Positions 49,743-62,483 of a stretch of DNA of 64,000 nt are shown piece by piece. The translations under genes and the position numbers were made by a program. Within the stretch, counting starts at the first letter, position 1. Every line of letters begins with the position of its first letter. The stretch is from Azolla caroliniana (lineage: Eukaryota > Plantae > Polypodiophyta). The stretch is taken from contig JBHGNT010000010.1 in assembly GCA_043228905.1 (NCBI GenBank), positions 16,244,001 through 16,308,000 on the forward strand, in the 5' to 3' direction. The notes beneath the pieces are model-generated. The model searched no databases. It was not told the DNA's origin and saw only the letters and a program-made list of their open reading frames with translations.

Positions 49743-50936
49743 AATGATTATTTCTGGCAAAGAAATAAGATAAGGTCAGACAAATAGTCATAACATCTTG
49801 TCGTGGTGTAAACATATCATGGGCAAACATTAATCGATATCATGATCTCACGTCAATACCCCTCTAGACGTATGAGATGAGGTTCAAGATCAGGTTACTA
49901 TGGTAACACAGAGGTGTTTTAAAAACCATGGGGGTGACAAATGAATGCCTTTCCCTGATCTCTATATCGATTTTTTTCATGGCGGCTCCCCGAGGCTCAA
50001 CCATGTATGTTCGCGTCATGAATAGTTTATACACGAAAAAAATGTTAACAATAACTATGTTTCTGTGCCCACATATGTGGTTTCGGCTCTTTAAGTCCTA
50101 TTACGAGGACCCCGAAGTGCACTTAGACCTAAAGTCTAAACATGTATTATAGTCATATGTATCAACGATGTTGTATGGTGTTGGTCATATTTGAACTCGA
50201 GACCTCGAGGACAAATACATTAAACACTTGAGCCAACCAAGTAGATTGCGCGTCTTGAATGTTTAATGTTTGAGGCGTATTCGAGATATGCGAGGCATTT
50301 GCCCCTATATGTTTTTTTTAAAAGAAACATATAGGTCAAGTGGCCTTATTTCTCCCTCATTTATTACCCACTATGGTTGTACGCTACCTACCCTCAAGCC
50401 TCGTAAGTACAATGGCATATGCCAAAGTGTAACCTAATGGTCAAGCCGAATGAGCCCTTGTGTCTTCGTAGGCTCATGTGGCCCATCACATGGTCACGTC
50501 ATTACGAATGGCGCTCGTAAGAACGAGCTCATGGTGGCATCGTATCCATGTAACGAGGGGAGATGTTGGATACGTGTGTCATTAGAGCGACCCTACTTGA
50601 TGTGGATCAAGCCCGACGTATTCAACATCATTTTGGCTATACTAGGTTCGTTACGTAACGAAAGATCAAAGTGACCAACGGGAATTGCAACAATAAAAAT
50701 TGTTGATAAAAGGGATGGTGACAACGCCATTCTCACAAAAATGTGAGGACGGCCACCAAAATCCTCTCCCCAATTAGGAAAACATTTGATATGAATCACG
50801 TAATCTAAAATATACACATATGTCAATATATCACATATATACGATCAGAGACGTATATAAGTGACCACATATGCGTATACTAAATGAATCGTTTTTTTTT
50901 ATATAGCCAACAATGATGTATTCAGGATACGTAATC

Positions 50937-51178
50937 GAGGCATATACCTCTACGCACACGAAACATCCGAAAATAAGGTTAAGCGTAATTCGCAATTGAG
51001 GTATTGACCTCTTACGCATAGTAAATCCAACGCATATCATTTCGAACGAAGCGAGGTATTGACCTCGTACGCGAACGTAACATATGTTCGTGAACGTAAT
51101 ACGCAATTGAGGTAATAACCTCGTACGCATACGACACTCATCACATATGATTTATATGTCAAACGAGGTATTGACCTC
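50937..51178. repeat. five 14-bp hairpin motifs at about 56-bp period in the N2 5' UTR
   Basis: GAGGTATTGACCTC-type at 50937, 50998, 51053, 51109 and 51165. Confidence 0.85.
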
Positions 51179-51904
51179 GTGGACATATGTAAACGTTTAA
51201 GATAACCAATTAAATACCACGTCAACATCATTGAATATATGAAAAAAAAACTACATATTAAGTATACACATGTATAGAAGGGAGAAGAAAAATTAGATAA
51301 AAAATTAAGGAAAATTTACCGAAGTTCTTTCGCTAATCCTTGTCTGCATGAAGGCGACCGCACAACGATCAATCGCCATCCCACGCGAAGACAAAAAGAA
51401 AACCAAAAGAAACGTTAGTACATAGGCTCTGATACCAAATATTAGAGATTAGGTACTAAAGTAAGCATAAAATAAGGATATATCAATGATAGATCTAGAA
51501 AGAATAGAGAGAAAAGAGAGAAAGAAGGGTGCCGATCCACCCGACCACCCCCGAGCGAAGGGATCGAGACGGACTCGAGCCTCGATCGGTGTCCCATACC
51601 GCCGCCTTGGCGTCGAGTCGTACCTGGACGATAGCGCGCTTGCTACAAGAGTCGTTCCACTCACGGACAGAGTCTCGACGTAGTCAATGCATGCCCCAAT
51701 GAGGGTAGCTAGGCCTCTTATTTATAGTAATTCTCAAGGCCCCCAGCCATGTTCACACTTGGCCTCATGGGTTGTCTCAATCCCGAGGATTAAAAGTAAT
51801 CCTCCCCTTCTTTAGACTCTTTGTTTAACCCTCACACTTATCCACGTGTATAGAATACTACGACAATTCTCACCACGGGATATTATATGGTCATGCCCGT
51901 AACA

Positions 51905-54900
51905 GTTCGACTTCAATACATTCTCATGCCTTGCTCGACTCCGGAACATCTACTTGCTTTATCGATAAATCGTTTGTATGCGCACATAATATCCCCACCG
52001 TCCGCACATCACAACCCATATCCGTTGAAGCGATCGACGGTCGGGTTCTCTCATCGGGGGCAGTTACCAAAGCCACTATCCCGTTGGTACTTCAAATCGG
52101 GGCACACCAGGAGGAACTAACGTTCTACCTCATCGCGACCCCCCAACATCTGATTGTGTTGGGGCTATCTTGGTTGGAGACACACAATCCAACGGTGGAT
52201 TGGTGTAGCCGCTCCATCACTTTTCCAACAACGCCAATTCCTGCTCGGTCACGACACTCTTGATTCTGTTGCAGTCGAGTCTAGTTTGGTCGCTACACTG
52301 GTTGTTGTGTCAAGGAACGTCACTGTTCCTGTCACCAATTTACCCATTCGATATAGCGACTTTTCCGACATCTTCGAAAAGCGGAATGCCGATCGATTAC
52401 CAGCTCATCGCCCTTACGATTTCCCAATAGAACTCCAAGCTGGCGAGCATCCCCCATTCGGTCCTATCTATGGGTTATGTGAACCTGAACTTGAGGCTCT
52501 CCACACATATTTGGTTGAGAATCTCGTGAAGGGCTTCATTCAACCCTCCAAATCACCGGCCGAGGCACCAATCTTATTTGTCAAAAAGAAGGACGACTCC
52601 TTACGCTTATGTGTCGATTATCAGGGTCTCAACAAAGTTACGGTACGTAATCGTTACCCCCTACCCTTAATTCCAACGCTCCTCGATCGACTCCGAACGG
52701 GGCATATCTTCTCCAAAATCGACCCTCGAGGGCGCCTACAATTTGGTGCGCATCAAGCCTGGGGACGAGTGGAAAACAACTTTTCAGACGCGCTATGGAC
52801 ATTTCGAGTACAAAGTGATGCCTTTCGGCCTTACCAACGCTCCGACCATCTTCCAGCACATGATGAACGATATTTTTCGTGAATATCTTGATCATTTCGT
52901 GGTCATCTACCTTGACAACATCCTAGTTTTTTCTTCCGACTGGGAGGAGCACACACACCACGTCCGACTGGTTCTCACCAAACTCCGAGAATATGGGCTC
53001 TTCGCCAAAAGTGAGAAATGTGAATTCGATCGGACCTCTATGGAATTACTGGGTTACATGATCTCACCTATTGGGATCACAATGGATAAACGCAAGGTCG
53101 CCGCAATCATTGATTGGCCTCTCCCGACTCGGTTGAAAGAGGTACAATCGTTTCTTGGTTTTGCAAATTTTTATAGACGATTTATAGACTAGTTCTCATC
53201 CCTAGTCCAACCTCTCATCCAACTTACCCAGAAAGATACTCCATTTCTTTGGACCCTGTAGCACATAATGCTTTTAATGCCCTCAAAGCAACTTTTCTCT
53301 CCGCCCCCTTGTTAGTCCACTCTGACCCCACCCGCCCTTTCCAAATTGAAACCGACGCCTCCAACTTTGTCATAGGTGCGGTCTTGTCCCAACCTGATGA
53401 CGATGGCACCCTACATCCGATCGCCTTCTACTCTCGGAAGTTTACAGCCTCGGAAATCAATTATCCGGTCTATGACAAGGAGCTCGCAACTATCATCTCG
53501 GCCTTCGCTGAATGGCGACCCTATTTGGCCGGGGCGCAACATCTTATTCAGGTGGTGACCGATCACAAGAATCTCATCTACTTCACCACCACTCGTACGT
53601 TGAATCGGAGGCAGGTTCGTTGGTCATCTTTTCTTGCCGACTACAACTTCGAAATCTTGTTCCGACCCAGCGTTAAACATGGGAAAGCGGATGCTCTCTC
53701 TCGGTGACCCGATTTTGAATTGCGCCCATGCGACGACGCTTATTCTCAGCAATCACATTGTTTATTGCGTCCCGATCAACTCCACATGTTCGCAACCTAT
53801 CTGTTGCACGATGATTCCTTGCTCAACGAGATTTCCCAAGCAACCACGTCGGACCCTTTCGCTACTGACATCATGGCGCGCCTCAACAACCCATCCCAGG
53901 AATGGCAAAGCTCGGATCTCAATCACTTTACAACTCACGATGGGCTACTCTATCATAATCAACTCCTTTACATACCAGATGGCCCATGTCGCCTCCGAGT
54001 TCTACAAACTTGCCATGATGATCCTCTTGTTGGACACTTTGGGGTCGCCAAAACGTTGGCATTGCTTTCTCGAGGGTTTTGGTAGCCTCAACCTTGGAAA
54101 TTGGTCAAAGAATTTATCAAAACTTGTGACGTCTGTGCTCGCTCCAAAGCGGCTCACCATCATCCATATGGCCTTCTACACCCACTTCCAATCCCCAGTC
54201 AACCTTGGGCATCTCTCTCCATGGACTTTATCACCGACCTTCCTTGAGTCGGTGACCATGACACAGTGCTAGTGGTCGTCGATCGGTTTTCGAAGATGGC
54301 TCACTTTGTCCCATGTTCGAAAACCATTTCGGGGGAGGAGACAACTGCCCTTTTTCTGAAAAATGTCGTTCGCTTACACGGTTTCCCTGAGGATGTCACT
54401 TTTGATCGAGGTCCTCAATTTATCTCCCACTTTTGGCGCCGACTGCTACAGACATTTGGGACTCTTGTGAACTTGTCAACCGCGCACCACCCTCAAACTG
54501 ATGGCCAAACCGAAAGAGTCAACCAAATCCTCGAACAATACCTCCGTTGTTCAGTTAGCTACCAACAAGACAATTGGGTGGACCTCCTTGCCATGGCGGA
54601 ATTTGCCTACAATAACAATATCCATGCCTCAACAAAAGTTTCCCCATTATTTGCAAATTACGGTTTCCACCCTCGTTTCAGCATTTCCATTCCGGAGATA
54701 TCCATCAATCCGTCGATCGAGAAGTGTGCCCACACCTTACAAGATGTCCACCGTGACCTCTCCCTCGAGCTTCATGCTGTTGGCAAACAATATAAAGCTC
54801 ACACTGACCGACATCGCTTAGTCGCGCCGACCTTCGCAGTCAGTGACATGGTTTGGTTGCTATGTCAGTATATCGCAACCACCCGTCCCTGTGCGAAGCT

Positions 54901-55280
54901 CGACTACAAAAAGTTAGGCCCCTTCCATATCCTCGAGCGTGTTAACCCAGTCGCCTTCCGGTTAGCGCTTCCCCCCACATTTCGGCTTCACAATGTTTTC
55001 CACATCTCTCTCCTCGAACTCTACATCCTTCTCGCATTCTGAGACGCCAACCTCCTCTACCGCCACCCGTGGAATTATCGACAGGTGAGGAGTATGAGGT
55101 TGACCGGATCCTCAACTCGCTTGCATCGACGACGACTTCAATACTTGGTCTTATGGAAAGGTTACCCTCTTTCGGATGCCACATGGGAACCAGTTACACG
55201 CTTACAAAATGCACCGGAGGCAATTCGCATTTTTCACCAACAATACCCCCATAAACTGGTCGCGGGTGTTAGGAGGCGGC
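51905..55280 (+). pseudogene. O2 pol (PR-RT-RH-INT-chromodomain), multiple stops and frameshifts
   Basis: [71 protein letters not shown]. Confidence 0.92.
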
Positions 55281-57951
55281 CCTCTATTGAGCAAACCCTA
55301 CCACTTGAGTTACATATGCATCCTTGTATTTAATTCAACTTCATATAGTGTAGATTGAACATTGGAAGTTCCTAGCTTACATGCATTCTCTATTGCATGC
55401 ATCCTCATACGTACTCTATTGCATGCATCCTCATGCAATATTTCTAGTTGGCTTACATAGCCCTACCCTCTTGTATAAATACTCATGTGCACCTTGATTC
55501 TAATCAAGGTGTACAACACAAGTTACGGATTCTATAAGTTGAGTTCTTGTTCTTTTCCTCTCTCTTGTTCTCCAGTCTTATCTTCGTTCTACTCTATTAT
55601 ACTTGTCCGTGACAGTTGAGATATATGTGGGTCATTGTACACAATTAGTTGGCATATATCAGGAAAACATTTTACGGTTTAAATGAGGTAGAAACAACAT
55701 GCTTAAGCTGGAAGCAACAAATTGGCACAAAAAGAGGAGTCACGCCCGTAATCTCGCAAAAACTTATTGGCAACTCCCCAAACACAACCAAAACACACAA
55801 TGGAAGACTACAGAGAACTCATTGTGTTGAGAGGCGGTTGCCATTACATGAGATAGAGAAGGTTCGGTGTTTGCATTGTGATGGCTTAACATTGACTTCG
55901 AGGGACTCTAATGCTGATTGTTGCAAAAACTGTAGGTGTATCTTGCCATCCTCTAAACAAGAACCATGGTCTTTGACTTTTTGTTTAGAACTTGGATTTT
56001 TTTAAGTTTGTGGTGTTGGGAGTTTGTATATGTACAACTTCGAGATTTTGATCTTTGAACATGTATGAAATGTGGACAAAATTTTGTGATCATTGAAGTT
56101 TCTAGTTATCTCAAAAAAAGTTGGTGGCTGAAAATTTAATCTTCATTTAAACTTGAGAAGGTTAGGTGATTGCAATCATCCTTCATGCTTTGTTTACAAC
56201 ATGTGATCTTTGGAGTTTTTAGTCTCTTTGTTGCAAACATTGGTGGCTAAACTTTTTATGCTGGTTATAAATTTATTTGTGGATGACCCAATTGGTGGCT
56301 AAAATCAGTGACATTTTGTTTACATTTAGTGCTAGACCAAGTTTTTGGTGAGTTTTTATATCTAAAACGACAGATTTTGTATTCTGAAAAGGTTTTGGAT
56401 AAGTTTCGGGAATTTTAGATTAAAAAAAAGGCCTCTTTAGAAATTTCAACCAGGTTTGATGCAGATAGCCGAGTTTTAAATTCGGTCATGGGTCAGAGAA
56501 AAATCGACCGGGTTAACAACTTTGTGCTGAGGCTAGTCAGAGACAGGTTAGATGTGACAGAGGTTGGTTAGAGCCGGTTTGGATTAGGGGGGGGGGGGGG
56601 ACTTTTTTGGGATAATATGATCCAACAACGAAGATCACACACGCTTATTGAAACGGGGTCCACACAGTTTGTGATAGCAAGATTTCCTCACCATGCCTCG
56701 TATATAGGAACATGGGCGGCATATATGTACAATACTATCATAGTTCCTAATATTCGCATATGTCCGATATGGTAGACCTATACAAACGTTTGTATATGTT
56801 CGCGTATAATATGCGATATTCATTTTATTTCTTATTTTTTAGGAAACGAACATGGCGCATGACCTCAAAATTTTCAACAGGTTCCTATGTAAAGATGAAG
56901 AAACAAAAATACGTAAAGAAGAAGACGATAGACAAATATAAATATATAGAAAGATTCCTATATGACGAAGAAAAGATGATGATGATGAAGAAACAGAGAT
57001 ATAGAGAAGAAGATGGTGGAGCGGAAGAAAAATGTATGGAAGACAATAGAGAAGAAGTGGAAGAAGAAGAAAGAAGAAAAATTGATCACACAATGCAATA
57101 TTAGAAAGACTCGGTTTTGAATCAGGGGAGTAAAACACACAATGTGAAAGAAGAGGAAGGAAACCACATATATATAAAGGGAGAAGAAAATCTCAATATA
57201 TAGAATAAGAAAAGAAACACAAATTAGTGGAGAGAAGAAAAACACAACGCAGTAGAATGTAAATCCGAAGAAGAAGAAATACTTCTTTTTGAATATGTAG
57301 ATTCTATATTGAAGATAGACTATGCATTATAACCATAGACTTCTTGAAACCTTAGTAATTGACTACGTGTTGTTGATCCATCTTGAAACCAAATGTTCAT
57401 GACATATTGTCATCGATTAACACCTCGCTACATAACATTTTTCTTGCGATAAGAATGTTTGTTTTGGGGGAATTCTATATCGAGTTTGGTCAAATTTGCT
57501 ATATGTGATGGGTTATATCATACATGTGATGGCTAGAACTATCATACTTGGGGCCATTTCACGTATGAGTATAATACGAATATGCACGTATGAGTATAAT
57601 ACGAATACTCACGTATGGTATGTATGTGACGAATGGGAAGTATGGCTAGAACTATGAGTACAAATGTGATTTTGGTTCCATATAGAAGAAGATTCAAGAA
57701 ACACAGGAGCATATTCATGACAGGAAATGTAATGTGGTACTACGTAGACGGTAGTAGTAGCAAGTACGTAAAGTAGATCGAGTCTCCGGCGAAACGGAAA
57801 CTCATCATCCATCTGATCAGAGAATACTATAGAAACACGACGCATTCTTCTGCTCCTTCTTCTCCATGGCTACTTCAGCAGATACTGACAAGCCTTAAAG
57901 ATCCTAGGATGTGACGCGTCTTCTTCTTCCTCCTTTGATCCTCTGGTCCTG

Positions 57952-57985
<34 letters not shown>
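57952..57985. repeat. (CAT)n microsatellite in the putative Sec14 5' UTR
   Basis: About 11 CAT units ending about 30 nt upstream of ATG 58014. Confidence 0.9.
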
Positions 57986-57986
<1 letters not shown>

Positions 57987-58013
57987 GTAATCTTAATCGT
58001 AATCGTCGTCGTC

Positions 58014-58372
58014 ATGGCTTCTCCGCAGGAATTGTCGATCTTATCTCCTGCAGACATGCCTTCTACATCTCTTCCCTTGGTAACAAATGCAGCAGCAGAA
58101 GAAGAAGAAGTTGAAGCGCAAGAAGTTGGAGCAGGAGATCATTCTACGAGGAAAAAAAGCCACAAGATGGGAGCCATCGCGCTCATAACAAGATTCAGGT
58201 TGTCTTTTTCAAGAAGAAAAAGAAGATCATCATCTTACAGAAGATCTTCTTCAATTATTATCAATGATTTCCGACATCCTAAAGAGCAAGAAAATGTTGA
58301 ACAATTTAGAAATCTTTTGAGTGTTGAAAACTTACTACCTCCAAAGCTTGATGATTACCATACTCTCTTAAG
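58014..58372 (+). CDS. Sec14-like phosphatidylinositol/phosphatidylcholine transfer protein (SFH family), coding exon 1
   Basis: INDFRHPKEQENVEQFRNLLSVENLLPPKLDDYHTLLR typical of plant SFH N-terminus; GT donor at 58373; start codon assumed. Confidence 0.85.
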
Positions 58373-58966
58373 GTACTTCATTAGAAATATTTGAGTTGAC
58401 TACAACTTAGGCTCATCGGGTACTTAAACATGCTTCACAATGCACAATGCCTTAGAATCGTCCCGTTGAACAACTCGATGTTGTGGCATTATGGGAAATT
58501 GATTGTGGCAGCATAGATGATTGAAGTTTGATGCTATAACAACTTAGCATGTATTCATTTCATTCTTTAAAGCACATATATGTGGGTTCATTGACTTAGC
58601 TTTCTTTAGAGTACTTTGATTCGTGGTTTCCAGCATGTTTGCAAAGAAAATTGTCATATTGACCATGATCTCAACTCGTTGAGGTACTTATTTACATTGT
58701 TAAATCACAGTCACATAGAAATTTGTCCCATCCACTATGTGATGGGATCCAACATCCTTAAAGTACTTATTTTGATGGTTTAAATCTTGCTTGTTTACAA
58801 ATTGGTCATCTTAACCACTGCTTAGGATCCTTTCATGCTATGGCTAAGGAAGACGAGAACAATAGAAGCTTGAAGTTCTACATTAGTGGCTGAAATAGGC
58901 CTAAACTGTTGGCTATTGGCAATCAAGTTAATGTTGTGTAATTGGGGCTTTATGTAAATGACACAG

Positions 58967-59066
58967 GTTTCTTAAGGCTCGGAAGTTTGATCTTGCTAAA
59001 GCAAAGGTTATGTGGAGGAACATGTTGCGTTGGAGGGAGGAGTTTGGTGCTGATACAATTGAGAAA
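58967..59066 (+). CDS. Sec14-like protein coding exon 2 (CRAL-TRIO N domain)
   Basis: CAG acceptor, [39 protein letters not shown] donor; phase matches exon 1. Confidence 0.92.
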
Positions 59067-60098
59067 GTAAGCTTTGCATCCCTATATCTCTATGATCTTT
59101 GTTGTAAATATAGAACATTCCTGTTATAAAATTTTAACGATTTGTGCGTCAGCTTTCCACTATATTGTTTATGTGGAAGAAATAGTATTTGGAACTACTT
59201 CCAAGAAATGCTGAATATCTAGAGAAAAGTTGAACACTGCCAGGAATCACAAGATACCCCATTGCCAGAAGAATGTTTAGAATATAGAGCAGGAGAAAAG
59301 TGGCTCAGAAAATCTTAGAGGGTGGTAATTAACTTCTTTACTCATAATATAGCTTTCATCTAAAGGATGCTCATTGAAAGTGTGCTCATATTCATATTTA
59401 CAATAAGGAGATTTGATATCACTGATTGTATGATTAAATCTTACCTATGATTAACATACACACAAATGAAATTCATTAAATGTGTGTTTAATATATAGTT
59501 ACATATACAACGTCTTTTAAGAGGCCAAACAAGAGATTACATCTTAAAATGTAGCCTCTTCTCCAAGAACTAACCCAAATAAATGTAGTTACATGAAAAA
59601 GTAAATTGAAATAGAAATAAATGTAACTAAGTAAAAAGGAATCTCATTATTTATACATGTGAGATTCTCAAGTCAGATATATTGCAATTTATGTCTTCGA
59701 AAGATCTCTAGCATAGGTTGGTCCAGAATGGAGAGGTCTTTGAAGATAGGGAAGCACCTGTGATATCGGGAGATAATGACCTTTATCTATCAATGATAAG
59801 GATGGTGAGATCATAGTCCATGAGTCAGGGCCTATATGCATGGAAAATTGCCATTACTTGATCTATTTTAACCCCTTTGCTGTGTACTGATTGGGAGCCC
59901 GTTTGTTAGCCTTGTATAGACTTGTTGCATGAGTAGGAGTGATGAGGGCAAAGAATGTTGTTACTCACTCCTGGAGAACACCTTCGATTACTCCTCCTAA
60001 GTAATTGGGTCAAGGAATCATGGTGCATAAGGGACTGAGGGCTACGGCATACTAATGAGCGTGGATCGGATAGCTTACAGAGAATGAGATTGACACAT

Positions 60099-60347
60099 TG
60101 TAGAATCGGCTACAACCAATTCGTATATTCGTCCGTACGCAGACCGAACGCTATATAGAGAGACGTGAATAGGAATGAGATAGGCACGAAGGTTACCCAC
60201 AAAGCATATATGTATATTCACTTAAGTGTAGCATACAAGTACAGATACAAGTACTGAGTATAATCGGTAAAACACTCACACACTCTCTATTAGTCTATTC
60301 CTAGGCTTAGTCTTCTAATATCCTCTCTCCCTTCCGTTCGTTGCTCC

Positions 60348-60392
<45 letters not shown>

Positions 60393-61430
60393 CTTCTCTT
60401 CTGCTCGGCGCTTTTCATCCACTCCTTCCTTGATCTTCGGCTTCCCTTCTTCGGCTGTTAGTGCTTGACTCCCTTTGGTTTGTTTCACTTGTACCACTTG
60501 TCCCACCGGGTAACACCTGGCATGCCCGTGGGATAGTGCCTTGCACGTCGAACCCACGAAAAAAATTCTAAAACTCAAAGGTCCGAAAAATCGACAAAAA
60601 TTGAAAAAATTATAAAAATTCTAATATACATCATTCCTCCTTCAAAATTGGCAAAATGCTTGCCAATTGCTGCAAGTCCTCGGGTTTGTCAATGACTTCG
60701 GCCGAGAGTTCGGCCCAGTTATTTGGTTTTGTAGTCATGACTTGCACCCCTCGTACTTCATCCTTTGTAGTGGTCTGCTGGGCTGGTTTGGGAGGTGCCT
60801 CCTCCTAGTCGACTTGCTGATGATCCGTATCCTTGTGCTCCTGCTCTTGCTCATGTTCTTGTTGTATTGAATCCTCGTTTACCAGCTCCTCGGGTTCCCG
60901 TGTTGCCCCTTGGTCAGGCATGCTTTCTTGGGAAGCTTCCTCTTTTCCTTACATTGGAGTCACCGTGTCCGTCTTGGCCTGGAGTTGCTCGGGTTTGTAT
61001 TTATCCATGTCAATGGCGAGTAGGAGTTGATTGTCAATGAATTCCTCAAGGAGGGTCCCAATCGCCGTGGTATGTGTCTGTGCCAGGGCGTGGAACTCTG
61101 CGGTGAGGTCCTCTTGGAGCACCTGAATGCTGTTCTTGTCCATTTAAAAAACCCGCAGCCCTCCTTTTTGCGATTTTCGGCATCTGCTCAAAGAATTTGT
61201 AATTCGGTCGCTTGTGCCGACCATGCGTTCCATCCCCGAGCTAGTGCCTCTTTGACCTTCTGGTTCAGCTGCACACGAAGTTTTGACACTAAAGCCTTGA
61301 CTCGTTTTTCGCCCATCTCATATTTGGCAGGGATTGTTTGCAACTCATCTGCGACAGCCATTGCGCCGAGTTCGAGCTTGGCTTTAGCGAGTTTGAGCGA
61401 GATGACCATCCCATTGAACTTCTTCTGAAA
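60099..61430 (-). mobile_element. intronic 3' remnant of an LTR retroelement (unknown ORF, PPT, LTR 60099-60630)
   Basis: Minus-strand TTTTGAAGGAGGAATGA PPT before TGTATATTAG; LTR contains (TA)n; ORF fragments homologous to 32280-32660. Confidence 0.55.
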
Positions 61431-61439
61431 GAATTCCGT

Positions 61440-61902
61440 CTCTTGTTCGTATTATGTCCCCCATAGTAGCAAATCTTATGATATCATCATATAGAGGTAG
61501 ATATGGTGATTCACCTAGAGGTGCAAACCTTGAGTAGGCAGGTGGAAAGTAGCAAATTGCAATATATAACTCCTTAAGATCCCCTCTTTTTATTCGTATC
61601 CACATGTAGCGTGCATCTACATCCTTATGGACAACATGCACTCTATCATGAAGCTCCTTTTTGTATAGCACAACCACTCCTCCCTAACCTCTAGTGCTTC
61701 CTCGTGTCCGAGGTTGGGGGAGACATATTGACTCCCATCTATATCCTTGTACCTCGGGAGTTTGCCAACCATGCATTGGTGAGTCTCTGTATACATAGCA
61801 ATATCTGTGTTTGCTCCCATTGCTAGCACACATCTGTAATAGAGCCATGTGTGAGGGTTTCCTTATTAGCTGAACAGGATATACAATTGTGCCAATCTTC
61901 AA
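61440..61902 (-). mobile_element. LINE apurinic-endonuclease fragment (RTE-like), intronic
   Basis: YTETH, GGVVVLYK, YMWIRI, YIAICYFPP, GDII (just before the usual GDFN) motifs. Confidence 0.75.
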
Positions 61903-62295
61903 GAGTCACGAACCCATGAACTGAACAATTACAGGACAATCATGATTGGGTACCATTTTCAGCTAGTTGTCTTGATGACATAAGTGCCAACCTTGGGTAC
62001 CTTCGTTTAGGTAGCTCCCAAAGACGTTGGATAAATGTCATTGATCGAAACAATGCCTCGGTTATTATAGGTGCTGCTCCCACCTCTTCCCGGATTTTAT
62101 CGTGGGGCACCTATGCTTTGCTCCTTATCATGCGAGCAATCATTGACACTAAAGGTCTCTCTAAATCTTTCCAATGATTTGCCTTGAGTACCTTCTTTCA
62201 GGGAACTTCCAAAGCTGTTGGAGACTGGTCACTGATGGGAATATTGCCTTGATGATTATTGAGGCCGCTCCCTTATCCTGCCCAATTTATATCAT

Positions 62296-62483
62296 GTTCC
62301 TTATCATGCAATCAATGAGACTAAATGCCTGTCTAAATCTTTCCAGTTATCTTGAGAAGAGGGTAAGAGTTTAGAGGATCCACTGATGCTTTTGTTCCTT
62401 ATCATGCAGGCAATCAATGAGACTAAATGCCTGTCTAAATCTTTCCAGTTATCTTGAGAAGAGAGTAAGAGTTTAGAGGATCC
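62296..62483 (+). repeat. near-perfect direct duplication of about 90 bp in Sec14 intron 2
   Basis: GTTCCTTATCATGCA...AGAGTTTAGAGGATCCA occurs twice; a degenerate third copy lies near 62120. Confidence 0.85.

Larger units (their letters stand above)
39693..51904 (-). mobile_element. tRNA-iMet-primed chromovirus N2 (Reina/Tekay/Galadriel-like), LTRs 39693-40157 and 51440-51904
   Basis: Two 465-bp LTRs differing at about 4 positions by eye; perfect TSD GTTCG; PBS TGGTATCAGAGC (51426-51437, minus); PPT AAAGAGGGGGAGTA next to 40157. Confidence 0.97.
38135..55614 (+). mobile_element. Tcn1-like chromovirus O2 (5' LTR 38135-38530; 3' LTR about 55282-55614, 5'-deleted), outer member of a triple nest
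   Basis: Perfect TSD GTTGA; LTR copies near identical; gag 38559-39596, pol split at 39692/51905; PPT and first about 55 nt of the 3' LTR deleted. Confidence 0.95.

Noticed and set aside
50937-51178. CRISPR-like array (palindromic repeats with spacers)
   Set aside because: Repeat is only 14 bp, spacers resemble each other (TACGC..., CGCAATT), no cas genes, and it lies inside a plant retrotransposon leader.
56760-57245. Lys/Glu-rich and Phe/Ser-rich ORFs
   Set aside because: Low-complexity GAA-rich sequence read on both strands; no domain motifs.
57911-58114. Poly-His ORF (and antisense poly-Met ORF 57875-58057)
   Set aside because: Translation of the (CAT)n microsatellite; GTG start, out of frame with Sec14.
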